Positions 39,176 to 49,316 of a stretch of 53,729 nucleotides of DNA are shown here, one piece after another (position 1 is the stretch's first letter; each line of letters begins with the position of its first letter). Source of the DNA: Bdellovibrionota bacterium (lineage in GTDB: Bacteria; Bdellovibrionota_C; UBA2361). The translations under genes were made by a program, and so were the position numbers. The DNA is taken from positions 1 to 53,729 of the forward strand of contig JBILDU010000007.1 in the NCBI GenBank assembly GCA_044352465.1, given 5' to 3'. Under the pieces are notes generated by a model. It had not been told where the DNA came from, did not search any database, and saw only the letters and a list, made by a program, of their open reading frames with translations.

Positions 39176-40882
39176 ATGCGCCGCGTCACCCCCTTCATCC
39201 TCTTCGTGCCTATCGCGCTCGCCACGATGGGCCTCGCTTGGCTTTACCATCAACCCCGCAGCGCGGGCCCCGATGTCCCGACGGGAAAGCTAAAAAGCGT
39301 CTCGTTTGCCCCGTTCCGCGAAGGCTATAGCCCGCTCCAAGAGCGTTTCCCCCCACGTGAACATCTCGAAGAGGATATCGCCCTCCTCGCCCCCCGAACC
39401 GAAAGCGTCCGCACCTATTCAAGCCTCGGGGGCATGGAGCCTCTACCCGACATCGCCCGCAAGCACGGCGTTACGGTAACCCAAGGGGCCTGGCTCTCCT
39501 GGGGCGAAAAGGATAACCAGAGGGAGATAGCCGCTCTCATCGCCTCTGCCAATCAACACCCCGATGTCGTCACTCGAGTTATCGTCGGGAACGAAGTGTT
39601 ACTTCGAGGAGAGATGGAGGCACCCCGGCTCCTGCAGTACATCAACACGGTCAAGCGTTCGATCGCTCAGCCGGTCTCGTACGCCGATGTCTGGTCGATG
39701 TACCTCAAACACCCCGAGATCATCGCCGCGGTGGATTTTATTACTATCCACATCCTCCCCTACTGGGAGGATGAGCCGATCGCTATCGACGTCGCCCCCG
39801 AGCACTTGGAGAGGGTCTTTCGCGCTGTCGAAGCTGAGGCGCGTGAACTAAGGGTAACAAAACCGATCTTTATCGGCGAATCGGGCTGGCCTAGCCTCGG
39901 GCGCCAACGCGGCTTCGCCGTCCCCAGCGTCTTAAACGCGGCTCGTTACACGCGGGGAATGATCGCTGTGGCCACCCGCCACGGCTTCGACTACAACATC
40001 GTCGAAGCGTTCAACCAACCTTGGAAGGCAGAACTCGAGGGAATCGTTGGTGCAAATTGGGGACTTTTCTCTGAAAAACGGGAGCCGGTCTATCCCCTTA
40101 CCGGCGACGTCACGGACAACACCGCGTGGCGATACCACCTTGGACTCGCCCTCGTTTTAGCGCTCACCGCTCTTGGCTTGCTCGCGCGCCGTCTTTCCAA
40201 ACTCTCCCCACCCCGCCAAGCACTCGGAGTCGCGCTTGCAGTTGCCCTCGGGGTGAGCTTCCTTACCTCCGCTCTCTATACCTACCGGACATCCTTCGCT
40301 CCGCTCGATCGCGTTTGTGGAGCGCTCCTCTTAGCGTTTACCCTCATCTTTGCAGCGCTTGTTCTGATTCGTGTGCTTGACGTTCTTGGCAGCAACAGAG
40401 ATCGCCTCAACAAGGTCTCCCCTATGCTCTCTTGGAGCTTTATTGTCTTTGTCCTCCTTGCTCTTTGGCGAACTTATTCCCTGGCCCGGAACGGACGTTA
40501 TCTCTCGTTTCCGCTCGAGCAGTTCCTCACACCTGTCACGGGGCTTATCGGGCTCGCTATCGCTGGCGCTATCGCACGCGATCGGAAAAAGGCGTTCCGT
40601 TTGAGCGATTTGGTTCCTCTCGGTTTCCCCCACCAGACGCACCGGCGCTGGCTCGGCTGGGGGCTCGTTATCGGAATCGTGGGGCTATTCGGTGGCGAGA
40701 CCGCAGCGTTTCTCCACGCCCGAGACCTGCGAGCGGTTTACCCGACTCTCAGCGAAGCCATCCCGGTAGCACTCACCTATACCTTCGGCAACACGCAACT
40801 CGTCGCATGGGTCCTTTACCTGGCTCTTTTTGCAGTGGCGGGTATCTTCTCCGCAAAGACCAGCAGCTCATCCGCTTCGTAA
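39176..40882 (+). CDS. Membrane-bound GH17 beta-glucanase/glucanosyltransferase (NdvC-like)
   Basis: SFAPFR, VRTYS, VGNEVLLR, HILPYWED, GESGWPS, EAFNQPWK; multi-TM C-terminus. Confidence 0.88.
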   Translation: MRRVTPFILFVPIALATMGLAWLYHQPRSAGPDVPTGKLKSVSFAPFREGYSPLQERFPPREHLEEDIALLAPRTESVRTYSSLGGMEPLPDIARKHGVTVTQGAWLSWGEKDNQREIAALIASANQHPDVVTRVIVGNEVLLRGEMEAPRLLQYINTVKRSIAQPVSYADVWSMYLKHPEIIAAVDFITIHILPYWEDEPIAIDVAPEHLERVFRAVEAEARELRVTKPIFIGESGWPSLGRQRGFAVPSVLNAARYTRGMIAVATRHGFDYNIVEAFNQPWKAELEGIVGANWGLFSEKREPVYPLTGDVTDNTAWRYHLGLALVLALTALGLLARRLSKLSPPRQALGVALAVALGVSFLTSALYTYRTSFAPLDRVCGALLLAFTLIFAALVLIRVLDVLGSNRDRLNKVSPMLSWSFIVFVLLALWRTYSLARNGRYLSFPLEQFLTPVTGLIGLAIAGAIARDRKKAFRLSDLVPLGFPHQTHRRWLGWGLVIGIVGLFGGETAAFLHARDLRAVYPTLSEAIPVALTYTFGNTQLVAWVLYLALFAVAGIFSAKTSSSSAS

Positions 40883-40977
40883 GGGGTACAAAAGTCTCGC
40901 CCTGAGGGCTCTGAGAGTATGCGGATTAAGCGTTATGGCGACGAGCGCCGTGGCCTGATCTTAACTCAGATGGGATG

Positions 40978-41232
40978 CTAGCGGCCTGGAGTGACGGCAT
41001 GATTGTCTGGTCCCGCCGGAGGGGGCGGTAGACATCCCCCTGGCGGACAACTGATCAACTCATCGGTACCGCCCGATGGGGTTAGTTTCATCGCAATAAA
41101 TGAAAACCGATCTGAAACCTGACTCCCGATACTCATCCCCGATATCGCTAGCATCACTGAAAAGCTCATGAGGAGCGCATAATCGAGCAACGCCGCACCC
41201 CGCTCCGCACTGTGCCACTTCATCGATTTCAT
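40978..41232 (-). CDS. Flp-like pilin
   Basis: ERG-AALLDYALLMSFSVMLAISGM (DY in place of EY); tail with two Cys and a Pro run. Confidence 0.62.
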   Translation of the reverse strand: MKSMKWHSAERGAALLDYALLMSFSVMLAISGMSIGSQVSDRFSFIAMKLTPSGGTDELISCPPGGCLPPPPAGPDNHAVTPGR

Positions 41233-41741
41233 ACGCCGCCCCCAGAAGAACTCGACATTATGTAAACCTACTCCGGAGATGTGACCTCATCGATCCACAG
41301 AGATATGACCACTCCATTAAAATGGTAGATTCCCCTACGTGAATTGCGTAAATCCGCGAAGCGCCTTTTTAAAGCGGCGGCAGGACTCAGCGTGAGCGGC
41401 GAACTTTACCGCCGGAGCTACTTGGTACGACGTCTTGCTGTACTGGAGTGGGGTGCCCGTAAACTATTCCGCGACTCTTGAGTCTTTAGGAGCCGATTCA
41501 TAAAACTGCGACGTCTCGCAATCAGTTGTCACGGACTCAATTCGTACCCATATATGCTCGAATGCGCACTCCGTTCAGGCGACACTCCCAGCCGTAACGC
41601 TCCGGGGCGAAGCCCGAGATCAATTGATATTATGAGGCTAAGACATCCTGAAAAGGGAAGCTTCCTGGCACATCGCCAGTTCCTCCCCAAGCATAACGTT
41701 CTTGGATCTCCGATAATGCTAAAAGATAGGGCAGGTGGAAT

Positions 41742-42533
41742 ATGTCAGCCGTCGTAAGCGAGCGTGAGCGGATCTCCCAAGACGAGGAAACGCCTTTCGA
41801 GAGAGCCGAGAGAGAGAAAGGCGAGAGGCCCAGCCTTGTCGATCAATCCATCATCGATCCAGCTAAACTCCCGCCGCCTCAGGAAGGGCCGCTTTATCCG
41901 AAGGAGGGTGCAGACGAAGGGATTACGATCGATCGTATCTCACGGAACAACCCGTTTCATGTCAATCGAGCTGCCCGTGATTCGAGGAATGAATCGCTCT
42001 ACGCAAAGCGTATGGCTCACGAGCTCAGCGAGATGGGCGAGGATCTCGTGCGGACGATCGAGCAGGTGAAAGCCCTCCCAGCGCAGCTCTCCCAAGCGGT
42101 GCAATCGGCTCACGCCGAAAGCGCGACGACCGCGGCCCTCGAAGATATCGCGAGCTCGTTATCGAACCTTCGCGACCGGGTGGCAACGACCTTCCCATCC
42201 TCGGGCGGTCTCTCCTCTGCACTGACCGCACCTTTACTCGGCCGAAATGAGCAGCAGCCGCTCCACCAGATTGCGATAGCCTCCCAGATGGGTGGGCGGC
42301 CGGATCCGGTGACGTTCATGGACACCCCCGTTCACGAGCTCATTCAAACCGCTCGCGGCTCGCTCACCGATATCACCGCGAGTCTCAACTCGGTCGAGGC
42401 GCGCCTCGTGGCCCAATGCAGCCTGTCCCCCTCCGGGAACGAAGAATCGCTGTACCACCTTGATCTCCTTCGCTCTGTCAAAGAGCGGGTCGAGGAGGTC
42501 GACCAGAAACTCCGTGATATGCAACCAACATGA
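41742..42533 (+). CDS. Hypothetical helical/coiled-coil protein
   Basis: 263-aa ORF with AGGTGG RBS; TCCGATAA upstream; no recognisable motif. Confidence 0.65.
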   Translation: MSAVVSERERISQDEETPFERAEREKGERPSLVDQSIIDPAKLPPPQEGPLYPKEGADEGITIDRISRNNPFHVNRAARDSRNESLYAKRMAHELSEMGEDLVRTIEQVKALPAQLSQAVQSAHAESATTAALEDIASSLSNLRDRVATTFPSSGGLSSALTAPLLGRNEQQPLHQIAIASQMGGRPDPVTFMDTPVHELIQTARGSLTDITASLNSVEARLVAQCSLSPSGNEESLYHLDLLRSVKERVEEVDQKLRDMQPT

Positions 42534-42612
42534 GGAATGGGGCGTAGAAATCGATTCAACTAATTGTCGATATGGAAAATCAGAGCTCAGTGCGGACGTG
42601 CCGGAGCGGAGC

Positions 42613-42639
42613 CTTCGGTATGAGCTCGGCCGAACGGAG
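42613..42639. repeat. Short palindromic dispersed repeat, copy 2
   Basis: CTTCGGTATGAGCTCGGCCGAACGGAG, similar to 6925-6961. Confidence 0.4.
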
Positions 42640-42852
42640 CATTCTGGCATTCTCTAAAAGGTCGGGAGCAACCACGCTCAAACGCGGCTGAACAATGAGC
42701 GTCCGCGACAAAATATCCCCTCCTGCGAGGAGCTACCTTGTAACGCGCTCGTACGAAGAACGGGTACGATCGTGCCACGGGTTGAGGAGCACCCCAACCC
42801 CGCCACCACGGTGGCTCACCCTCTTTTAGCTATCGCCGCGCCGGAGCGGAAT

Positions 42853-44991
42853 CTATGCCGAGGCTAAACCGGGGAGCGAATCACCCAGTCCGTAACCATC
42901 CGGCGTAACGAAGAGGGGCTTGCTCGGATTAAAGGAGGCCCACAAACTGCCGAGCTCAGAGGAACGAATAATCTCGACGTACGTTCGTAACAACGAGGCA
43001 GTCCCGGAGCTCAATTTCATCACGCCGATCGAGTCGCCTAGTCCATCACGGAGAGTCACCTCCCCCCGATTCAACCTCACATCTTCAAAATCAAGGCCGA
43101 GAACATCGCTCAGCTTGAGCTGTTTCGGCCGTACCTGCTCTTGCGCCTCGCGGAAGATGGTATGCGCGATATTGAGTCCAAGCTGAACCCGGGTAACATC
43201 GATATCCCGCGATATCGCCGGTACATTACACGACAAGATCGATTCACCCCGATTATCGACGAAGACTAGCCCCTCATATGCAGAGGCATCGCTTTTATGA
43301 AAGGGAGAACGCCGGAGCCGCTCGAGATGAGTTTCGATTCCGCTTTTCAAGTCAGCTCCGAGCAAAACGCAACTTGAATGGCGTACCGTACGGCTGGTGA
43401 GAGTTCCTCGCTTCAGATCGAGGTCCCGGGTATGCGCTGCGAAAAGATCACCAAGCAGTACGTTTGGCGGGGTGTCGATAAGTTGCCTTACCAAACGACC
43501 CTGCTCAGCGATAACGAATTGACGCGTGAGGGGCACGTTAGATCGGGGCGAGGGAGGGAGCTTCGGGGCCTCCTCGACAGGCGCCGCGGCTTTCACCCCA
43601 GCATCCAACCGTCGTCTGGCAACTTTTCTCCCCGCCCGCCGTAACGGGCGCGCCGTTGACGCCTCCGCATCAAAAGTCACCGCTCGAATCGCCTCCCCCT
43701 TCTCCCGCACGAAGCCTGCCTCACTCGCCCAGAGCAGGAATCTCTTCGCCGCTTGAAAGAGATCGCGCTGATACTCGAGCCGCAGATCACCCTGCGCCTT
43801 CAGGTGCTCCGCAAACCCTCTGAGCTCGTCGATCGCACCCGCGCGGAGCGCCGCCGTGATCGGTCCCAGGACCGCTCCGCTCGTGAGCACAAGCTTCCCC
43901 TCGGAGGTGAGACGCCAGTCGATCTTCTCCGCTGATTCATCGACTCGGGTACCATACCGCCCAGCTACATAATGCCCGAAAACACGGAGGTCTTTGCGGA
44001 CAACCCTCATCGTCTCCCCGTGATAGTGCTCCTCAATAAAGCGTTCAAAGAGCGGTACTCGCGCTGAAGGATCGCCGCGCGGAATCTGCAACACCGTAGC
44101 TAGAGATTCGGGGAATGCCCTCGGGAACTGATCTCGCAGGGCACTGTAGAAACATCGAACCGCGCTCAGACGATTATCGGAGGCCGCACTCGCGACGATT
44201 TCATTGAAGAGCTGCTCACCATGCCCTAACAAAGCCGCAAGGAGTGAGCGTGGTGGATTCGACTCCGCTAAAAAACGTTGCGGATCGCGTCGAAGCTGCT
44301 CGATCGCCGCTGACTCTACACCGCGATCGAGCGCGAGCCCGAATCGCGCCAACGCTCCCTCTAAAAAGGTGTGCACGAAGGAGTACTGATTAACTCCGTA
44401 GCTGCGCGACTTACCCCCCTGAGCAATCTCGGCCTCACTCAAGCGACGCCATTCCTCAAACGGTGGAAAGTCGTTCCATTCGAGCTTACGCGCGCGGGGG
44501 TTTCGAAGCCGTATCTCCTCTAACTCAAGCCACCCTGCATTACGGCACGTCGCCAAAAACGTCCGCAGGCGGGAAACAAGCACGCTGATATCTTTGCTTG
44601 AGACTGCAGGATCCTCCGAGAGTTGATTTAAAAACGCTTGCGCCGCGTTGCACCCACCCCGTAGTAGCCGCTCAAGGTAGCTTCCCGCAGCCGCCGGAGG
44701 TGTGGCCTGGACCAATAGCCCATCGCGGAGCGCCTGACACGCCGCGCTCTCCCGGGCGGCATCATAAACCAAACCTTCCGCTGCTCCGATAAAGCGGGCG
44801 AGCTTCGAGAGCGATAAGGTAACGTTTCGCGCCGCCTCGACCGACAACCCATCGGGTCCGGTGGTCATTTCAAGCAGGACCATCTCCCGAAACTCAGGTA
44901 AGAAATCGCGTGGCTTAATGGGGCGGCGCGGGAGGCTCAATTCATCGAGCGGTTCGGATGGATTGCGTGGACTTTGCTCGGGCTGATACAT
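42853..44991 (-). CDS. Tyrosine-recombinase-derived protein lacking active-site motifs
   Basis: Three core-binding-like helices (SRLRTFLATCRNAGWL, RLSAVRCFYSALR, QAAKRFLLWASEAGFV); C-terminal LKLSDVLGLDFEDVRLNRGEVTLR...LRTYV...PLFVTPDG; no HxxR or catalytic Tyr. Start placed at MYQPEQ after GAGAGG. Confidence 0.55.
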   Translation of the reverse strand: MYQPEQSPRNPSEPLDELSLPRRPIKPRDFLPEFREMVLLEMTTGPDGLSVEAARNVTLSLSKLARFIGAAEGLVYDAARESAACQALRDGLLVQATPPAAAGSYLERLLRGGCNAAQAFLNQLSEDPAVSSKDISVLVSRLRTFLATCRNAGWLELEEIRLRNPRARKLEWNDFPPFEEWRRLSEAEIAQGGKSRSYGVNQYSFVHTFLEGALARFGLALDRGVESAAIEQLRRDPQRFLAESNPPRSLLAALLGHGEQLFNEIVASAASDNRLSAVRCFYSALRDQFPRAFPESLATVLQIPRGDPSARVPLFERFIEEHYHGETMRVVRKDLRVFGHYVAGRYGTRVDESAEKIDWRLTSEGKLVLTSGAVLGPITAALRAGAIDELRGFAEHLKAQGDLRLEYQRDLFQAAKRFLLWASEAGFVREKGEAIRAVTFDAEASTARPLRRAGRKVARRRLDAGVKAAAPVEEAPKLPPSPRSNVPLTRQFVIAEQGRLVRQLIDTPPNVLLGDLFAAHTRDLDLKRGTLTSRTVRHSSCVLLGADLKSGIETHLERLRRSPFHKSDASAYEGLVFVDNRGESILSCNVPAISRDIDVTRVQLGLNIAHTIFREAQEQVRPKQLKLSDVLGLDFEDVRLNRGEVTLRDGLGDSIGVMKLSSGTASLLRTYVEIIRSSELGSLWASFNPSKPLFVTPDGYGLGDSLPGLASA

Positions 44992-45433
44992 ACAACCTCT
45001 CTCAGGGGCCGTTAGAGCTCTGATAAGCTTTAGCCTCAGAACTATACACCCGGCCTGACGAGGGTAAAGCACTCCCGGCGACCCCGACATTTCGGGTACG
45101 AGGGCGAGGGACAGAGGCCCTAACCAACTGAGAACTCATACTTATTTTATTGAGCGCCGCTCTCCGGCGTGTCACACCGCGGTGTCTTCATCATAGCTCC
45201 GGCGGCCGCGCTCCCCTCCGCAGCCCCACCCGTTGACCAAAAAATAGAGCTCTCCGCCCGCAACACCACACCGTTTCCTCCGATACCGTTGCTCCACGGG
45301 TAACGGAGTGTGGATAGGATGTTAGATTTTGAGGCAGATACGACCGCTGAAGAGCGATCTTCGCCTTGAGAGCACCGGGCCCTACTCCGTAGCCTTCTGC
45401 CAACTGCTTTTTATTTTTTATAGGTTAATACGT

Positions 45434-46162
45434 ATGCGACTTCGCGCAATTGTATCAGCTTTCGCCTTCACCATGATCGTCTCCCAGATCGCTGTTGCTA
45501 CTCCGTTCAAGACAAAAGGGCATCGAGTCGTGGCTAAGCCGGTAGCGAACGCGCCCGTTGAAGCGCTCAGGGGAGCGCTCAACCTCTTTACACCCGTAAC
45601 CGATCTTCCCGGGACCATCGGCACAGTCCGCTACAACTCAGACGGTCGTTGCCTCGTGCTTGTCATGGGCGGAACTCCTACGAATGCCGACCTTGAGGAG
45701 CTTCTCACAAAAGAGGGTACGCCCACCCTGGCAAACTTCAGCGGTAGTCACACCGCTTACATGTGCCCCGGCGACAAAGGCGATACCGTCGTGACGATGC
45801 TGAATTATCGAGCACTCCGCCAGGTCTACCGCGGCTCTCCTGGGAGCTCTAACCCTGGCGCGGCACTCGTCAGTTATTGGAACCAACCGAACCTCCTGGC
45901 TTCCGCTTCACTTGGGAATAGAGTGACTGAGCGCGGGGTTCGATTTATCTCGAACGCATACGATCTCATCCTCGGCACGGACAACCAGGGCGAAGTTTAC
46001 TTCGTCATCCTCGATCATGTGGCGAAAAAACTGATTCATTTCACTGCGCAAAGCGGGGGCTATTACGGCGATCTCTCCCCCGATATGGCCGCTCTTTACA
46101 GCTCGACTATCGGAACGCAAGCGCTCCTCGCTCCAAAGATCGCCCTGTTTAATAACAACTGA
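45434..46162 (+). CDS. Hypothetical secreted protein
   Basis: Signal peptide MRLRAIVSAFAFTMIVSQIAVA; two Cys. Confidence 0.7.
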   Translation: MRLRAIVSAFAFTMIVSQIAVATPFKTKGHRVVAKPVANAPVEALRGALNLFTPVTDLPGTIGTVRYNSDGRCLVLVMGGTPTNADLEELLTKEGTPTLANFSGSHTAYMCPGDKGDTVVTMLNYRALRQVYRGSPGSSNPGAALVSYWNQPNLLASASLGNRVTERGVRFISNAYDLILGTDNQGEVYFVILDHVAKKLIHFTAQSGGYYGDLSPDMAALYSSTIGTQALLAPKIALFNNN

Positions 46163-46174
46163 TCCCCCATTTGC

Positions 46175-46208
46175 GCAGGGTTGTGAAGCACTCTCTTCAC
46201 AACCCTGC
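46175..46208. terminator. Perfect 14-bp hairpin after the secreted protein gene
   Basis: GCAGGGTTGTGAAG-CACTCT-CTTCACAACCCTGC; no strong U-tract. Confidence 0.55.
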
Positions 46209-46605
46209 TCATACTCGGACCGAAAATGTTTCTCAACTGCGTACAAATCCGAAAGGGCTAAATACGAGCAGGATTGTAAGCCTCTATTCGGACTTGGAAC
46301 GGCGCGCACAGAGGCGCAATCCCAAACCGCATGAAACCCCCATTTTAAAGCGCACGAGCACGATGGGAGCGTCCGGATCAAGAGCCCTACGGTGACTGAA
46401 AGATCGCTGAGTACTCTCTACTGCCATGGGCGCCCCGCATCGGACTACACCAATTCAGTGAGAACCTGCAGACACTCCCCCCATTTTATGAGGCATCGAC
46501 TCCGCTCTGCCTCACATCATCCGTCAGCTCTTTGACTAGCTCCAACCGCTTCGCTACGCTTGCCGTCCGTCATCACCGACGTACCTCACTTCGGATCACA
46601 AAGCT

Positions 46606-48018
46606 ATGGGACCACTCAGCGTAAGCACGATCATCAAGTATTTCGAACCCGCTGATAACTTTATTAAGGTACGAAGCTCTCCGGAAGACATTACCAGAAT
46701 TCTCGCCACAACGATCGAAAGCAACCCGATCGATCGCATAGCCTATCGGGCCGCTCTCGCCTCGGCGGCGATACCGGCATTGAACGAGGTCATTCTCGCT
46801 GTTCGAAAGAGAGACCCTCACGTTGAGCGGGAAGATATCGAAGCGCGCCTCTACGGCGTCATAACGTCGGTCCATCCGGCCTTCGACATTTATCAGGTCA
46901 CGTTGCCCTCCCAGACCAATCCCCTCGCCGATGCATTTTTCACCCGGACCGGCGGAGCAAGCCAACAGTTTCAGGATCGTCTCCGGACACTTGAGCAGGC
47001 CCTACGCGAAAATGTGTACGGCCAAGACAAGGCTATTCAGACGCTTTCGGAGATATTACTTGCCGAGGGCACCGTGCGCCTCGAACCGGGTCCTTTATGT
47101 GCTCTTTTATTCGTGGGCCCAACGGGAGTGGGCAAAACAGAGGTCGCTAAAGTGATGGCGAAACATCTCTTTGGCGACAATCGGGACTCCCTTCTAAGGG
47201 TGAACTGTACTGAGTACAGCTTACCACACGAGGTAGCCAAACTGACCGGCTCGCCGCCAGGATACGTCGGACACAACGACGGAGGATATCTCTCCGAAGC
47301 TCTTAAAAAGCAGAGTCAACGGGTAGTTCTCTTCGACGAACTAGAGAAAGCCCATTCCAAGGTCTTTGATTTCCTCCTCCCCTATACCGACGAGGGAGAG
47401 TTCGTCGACGCCAAGGGGGAACTAATCGATGGACGTCAGTCAGCGATAGTCATGACATCAAACCTCGGCGCGGATCGCCTGGAACGGGTGCGCTCCGGAG
47501 GAATTGGGTTTTCACGGGGTGGTGCACAAGCCATCAACGACCAGCTGATCGATCTTATCCGCCCAGCTCTCCGCGAGTCTTTTCGCCCCGAGTTTATCGG
47601 TCGACTGAAGATCATCCCCTTTCGTGGATTCGATTCGACGGACTATCGCAACGTCATGCAACTTCTCCTGGATAAATCCGAGAAACGGCTCATCGAAGCC
47701 GGTTATAAGATCGAGTTCGCCCCGAATCTAGTGTCTCGGCTCGTGGCGGACAGCTACGAGCCTCAATACGGGGCCCGCGAGCTCAAGGGGCACCTCCGTG
47801 CCGAACTCCTCGATCCACTTCGTCTATGGATCGGTCGTAACAGGCTCCAACCAAATGAGCGAACCCGCTACCGGCTCTTTGTAAGCGATGATCAACTGAG
47901 CATCGGCGAGATTTCGAAGCAAGGACGCACACTGGTAAATGTTCAGGTGCTCTCGACCCACTTTAGGTCTCTGGCGAATAGTGCCTCACCGAGCAGATCT
48001 GAACGGGGCGATGCCTGA
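46606..48018 (+). CDS. ClpA/B/C D2-type single-AAA+ ATPase with unrecognised N-terminal domain
   Basis: VYGQDKAI, GPTGVGKTE, GSPPGYVG, LFDELEKAH, MTSNLG, GIGF, RPEFIGR, YGAREL. Confidence 0.88.
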   Translation: MGPLSVSTIIKYFEPADNFIKVRSSPEDITRILATTIESNPIDRIAYRAALASAAIPALNEVILAVRKRDPHVEREDIEARLYGVITSVHPAFDIYQVTLPSQTNPLADAFFTRTGGASQQFQDRLRTLEQALRENVYGQDKAIQTLSEILLAEGTVRLEPGPLCALLFVGPTGVGKTEVAKVMAKHLFGDNRDSLLRVNCTEYSLPHEVAKLTGSPPGYVGHNDGGYLSEALKKQSQRVVLFDELEKAHSKVFDFLLPYTDEGEFVDAKGELIDGRQSAIVMTSNLGADRLERVRSGGIGFSRGGAQAINDQLIDLIRPALRESFRPEFIGRLKIIPFRGFDSTDYRNVMQLLLDKSEKRLIEAGYKIEFAPNLVSRLVADSYEPQYGARELKGHLRAELLDPLRLWIGRNRLQPNERTRYRLFVSDDQLSIGEISKQGRTLVNVQVLSTHFRSLANSASPSRSERGDA

Positions 48019-48362
48019 GGATTTCCTCTACTGCCTGGGCGAGCCGTTCCGTCCTTGCCGAATCGGCCCTACCCTGCCCGCGGTCATCCAGGAGGAATAC
48101 TCCACCCCCGGACCGGCTCTCGGGTGAAAACCCCTCTGGTTGGTGTACCAAGTAGCACAGTTCGACCGCTCATCGTTCCAAATCTCAGCTCTCCATAGCT
48201 CCCTACCGGGAGCGCCCTCTTAAGAGCATTTCGCAAAAATATCTGCCGATTCGATAACGTAGGGGCTCATGGGGCCGCCTAATCTAGCAAAAAAAATGGC
48301 GCAAAGAGCGCCTTAAGCGTCACAACGTCCCGATCGCGCCATAACTTTCACGCGAGGTAGGC

Positions 48363-49316
48363 ATGCCAAGCCCAGTTACAATACATACTCCTCATACCCC
48401 CTCCGCGCTCGAACCAACGGAGGCGCGGCTTGACTCACTCGCAGTCAGCCACTCAGCGAACGTCCATGCAGCAGCCGCCCAGGAGTTCAATCGCCCACCG
48501 CCCCTCGATTTATTCGACTCGGATACGACCCCATCCTCTCACACCGGCAGCCCTGAGCTAAGTCAAGCGCCGACGCTACGACGTGGGGCGAAGGGCGAGT
48601 GGACCACGGTCCTCCAGCAACAGCTCAAAGGCGCGGGGATAGACCTTGCGGTTGATGGCACCTTCGGGCGAAAGACACAGGCCGCAGTCGAGAGATTCCA
48701 GTCGCTCCACGGTCTGCCCCCCAACGGTGTCGTCGATACAAGCACCTGGAGCGCGCTCTTCGCGGTGCAAGGCAAAGGTGCCTCGCCCTCCCCTACCGCG
48801 CCCACCCAGGACCTCGCCACGAACCCTGACATGCGCGCACTCCTCAAATGGCACGAGGGCGTTCGCTCCGATCTCTATCGGTGCACTGCTGGCAAGTTGA
48901 CTATCGGCGTTGGGCATAACCTTAACGCCCACGGAAGCGGCGCTGACATAGCCCATTACCGGCGGCATGGGGCCTCCCCACAAGAGATTGAGCGTTGGCT
49001 CACCCAGGATATTCAAAGAGCGACCGCTGCGCTCGAGCGAAACTTCGGCAAAGAGCAGTGGTTTCAAGAGCTCTCACCTAATCGCAAGATGGCTCTCGTC
49101 GACATGTGTTTTAACTTAGGCGAAGGTGGACTCCTTAAATTCAAGGAAACGCTTGCCCTCCTCCGCGCGGGGAAATTCAAGGCCGCGGCTGCCGAGGCAC
49201 TCGACAGCAAATGGGCCGACGATGTTGGCACCCGCGCTCAGCGCATCGCTCACATCATCGCCACCGACAAACTGCCGCCGATAGATCGGAAGTTCTATTC
49301 CGGTAGCTCCCGCTGA
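48363..49316 (+). CDS. Peptidoglycan-binding domain + GH24 (T4-like) lysozyme
   Basis: LRRGAKG...LQQQL...DGTFGRKTQAAVERFQ...GVVDTSTW; HEGVRSDLYRCTAGKLTIGVGHNL; DMCFNLG; DSKWA...RAQR. Confidence 0.9.
   Translation: MPSPVTIHTPHTPSALEPTEARLDSLAVSHSANVHAAAAQEFNRPPPLDLFDSDTTPSSHTGSPELSQAPTLRRGAKGEWTTVLQQQLKGAGIDLAVDGTFGRKTQAAVERFQSLHGLPPNGVVDTSTWSALFAVQGKGASPSPTAPTQDLATNPDMRALLKWHEGVRSDLYRCTAGKLTIGVGHNLNAHGSGADIAHYRRHGASPQEIERWLTQDIQRATAALERNFGKEQWFQELSPNRKMALVDMCFNLGEGGLLKFKETLALLRAGKFKAAAAEALDSKWADDVGTRAQRIAHIIATDKLPPIDRKFYSGSSR

Noticed and set aside
42853..49316. Prophage or active integrative element
   Set aside because: The recombinase-like protein has no catalytic residues; no structural, terminase or holin genes, att repeats or tRNA target were seen.
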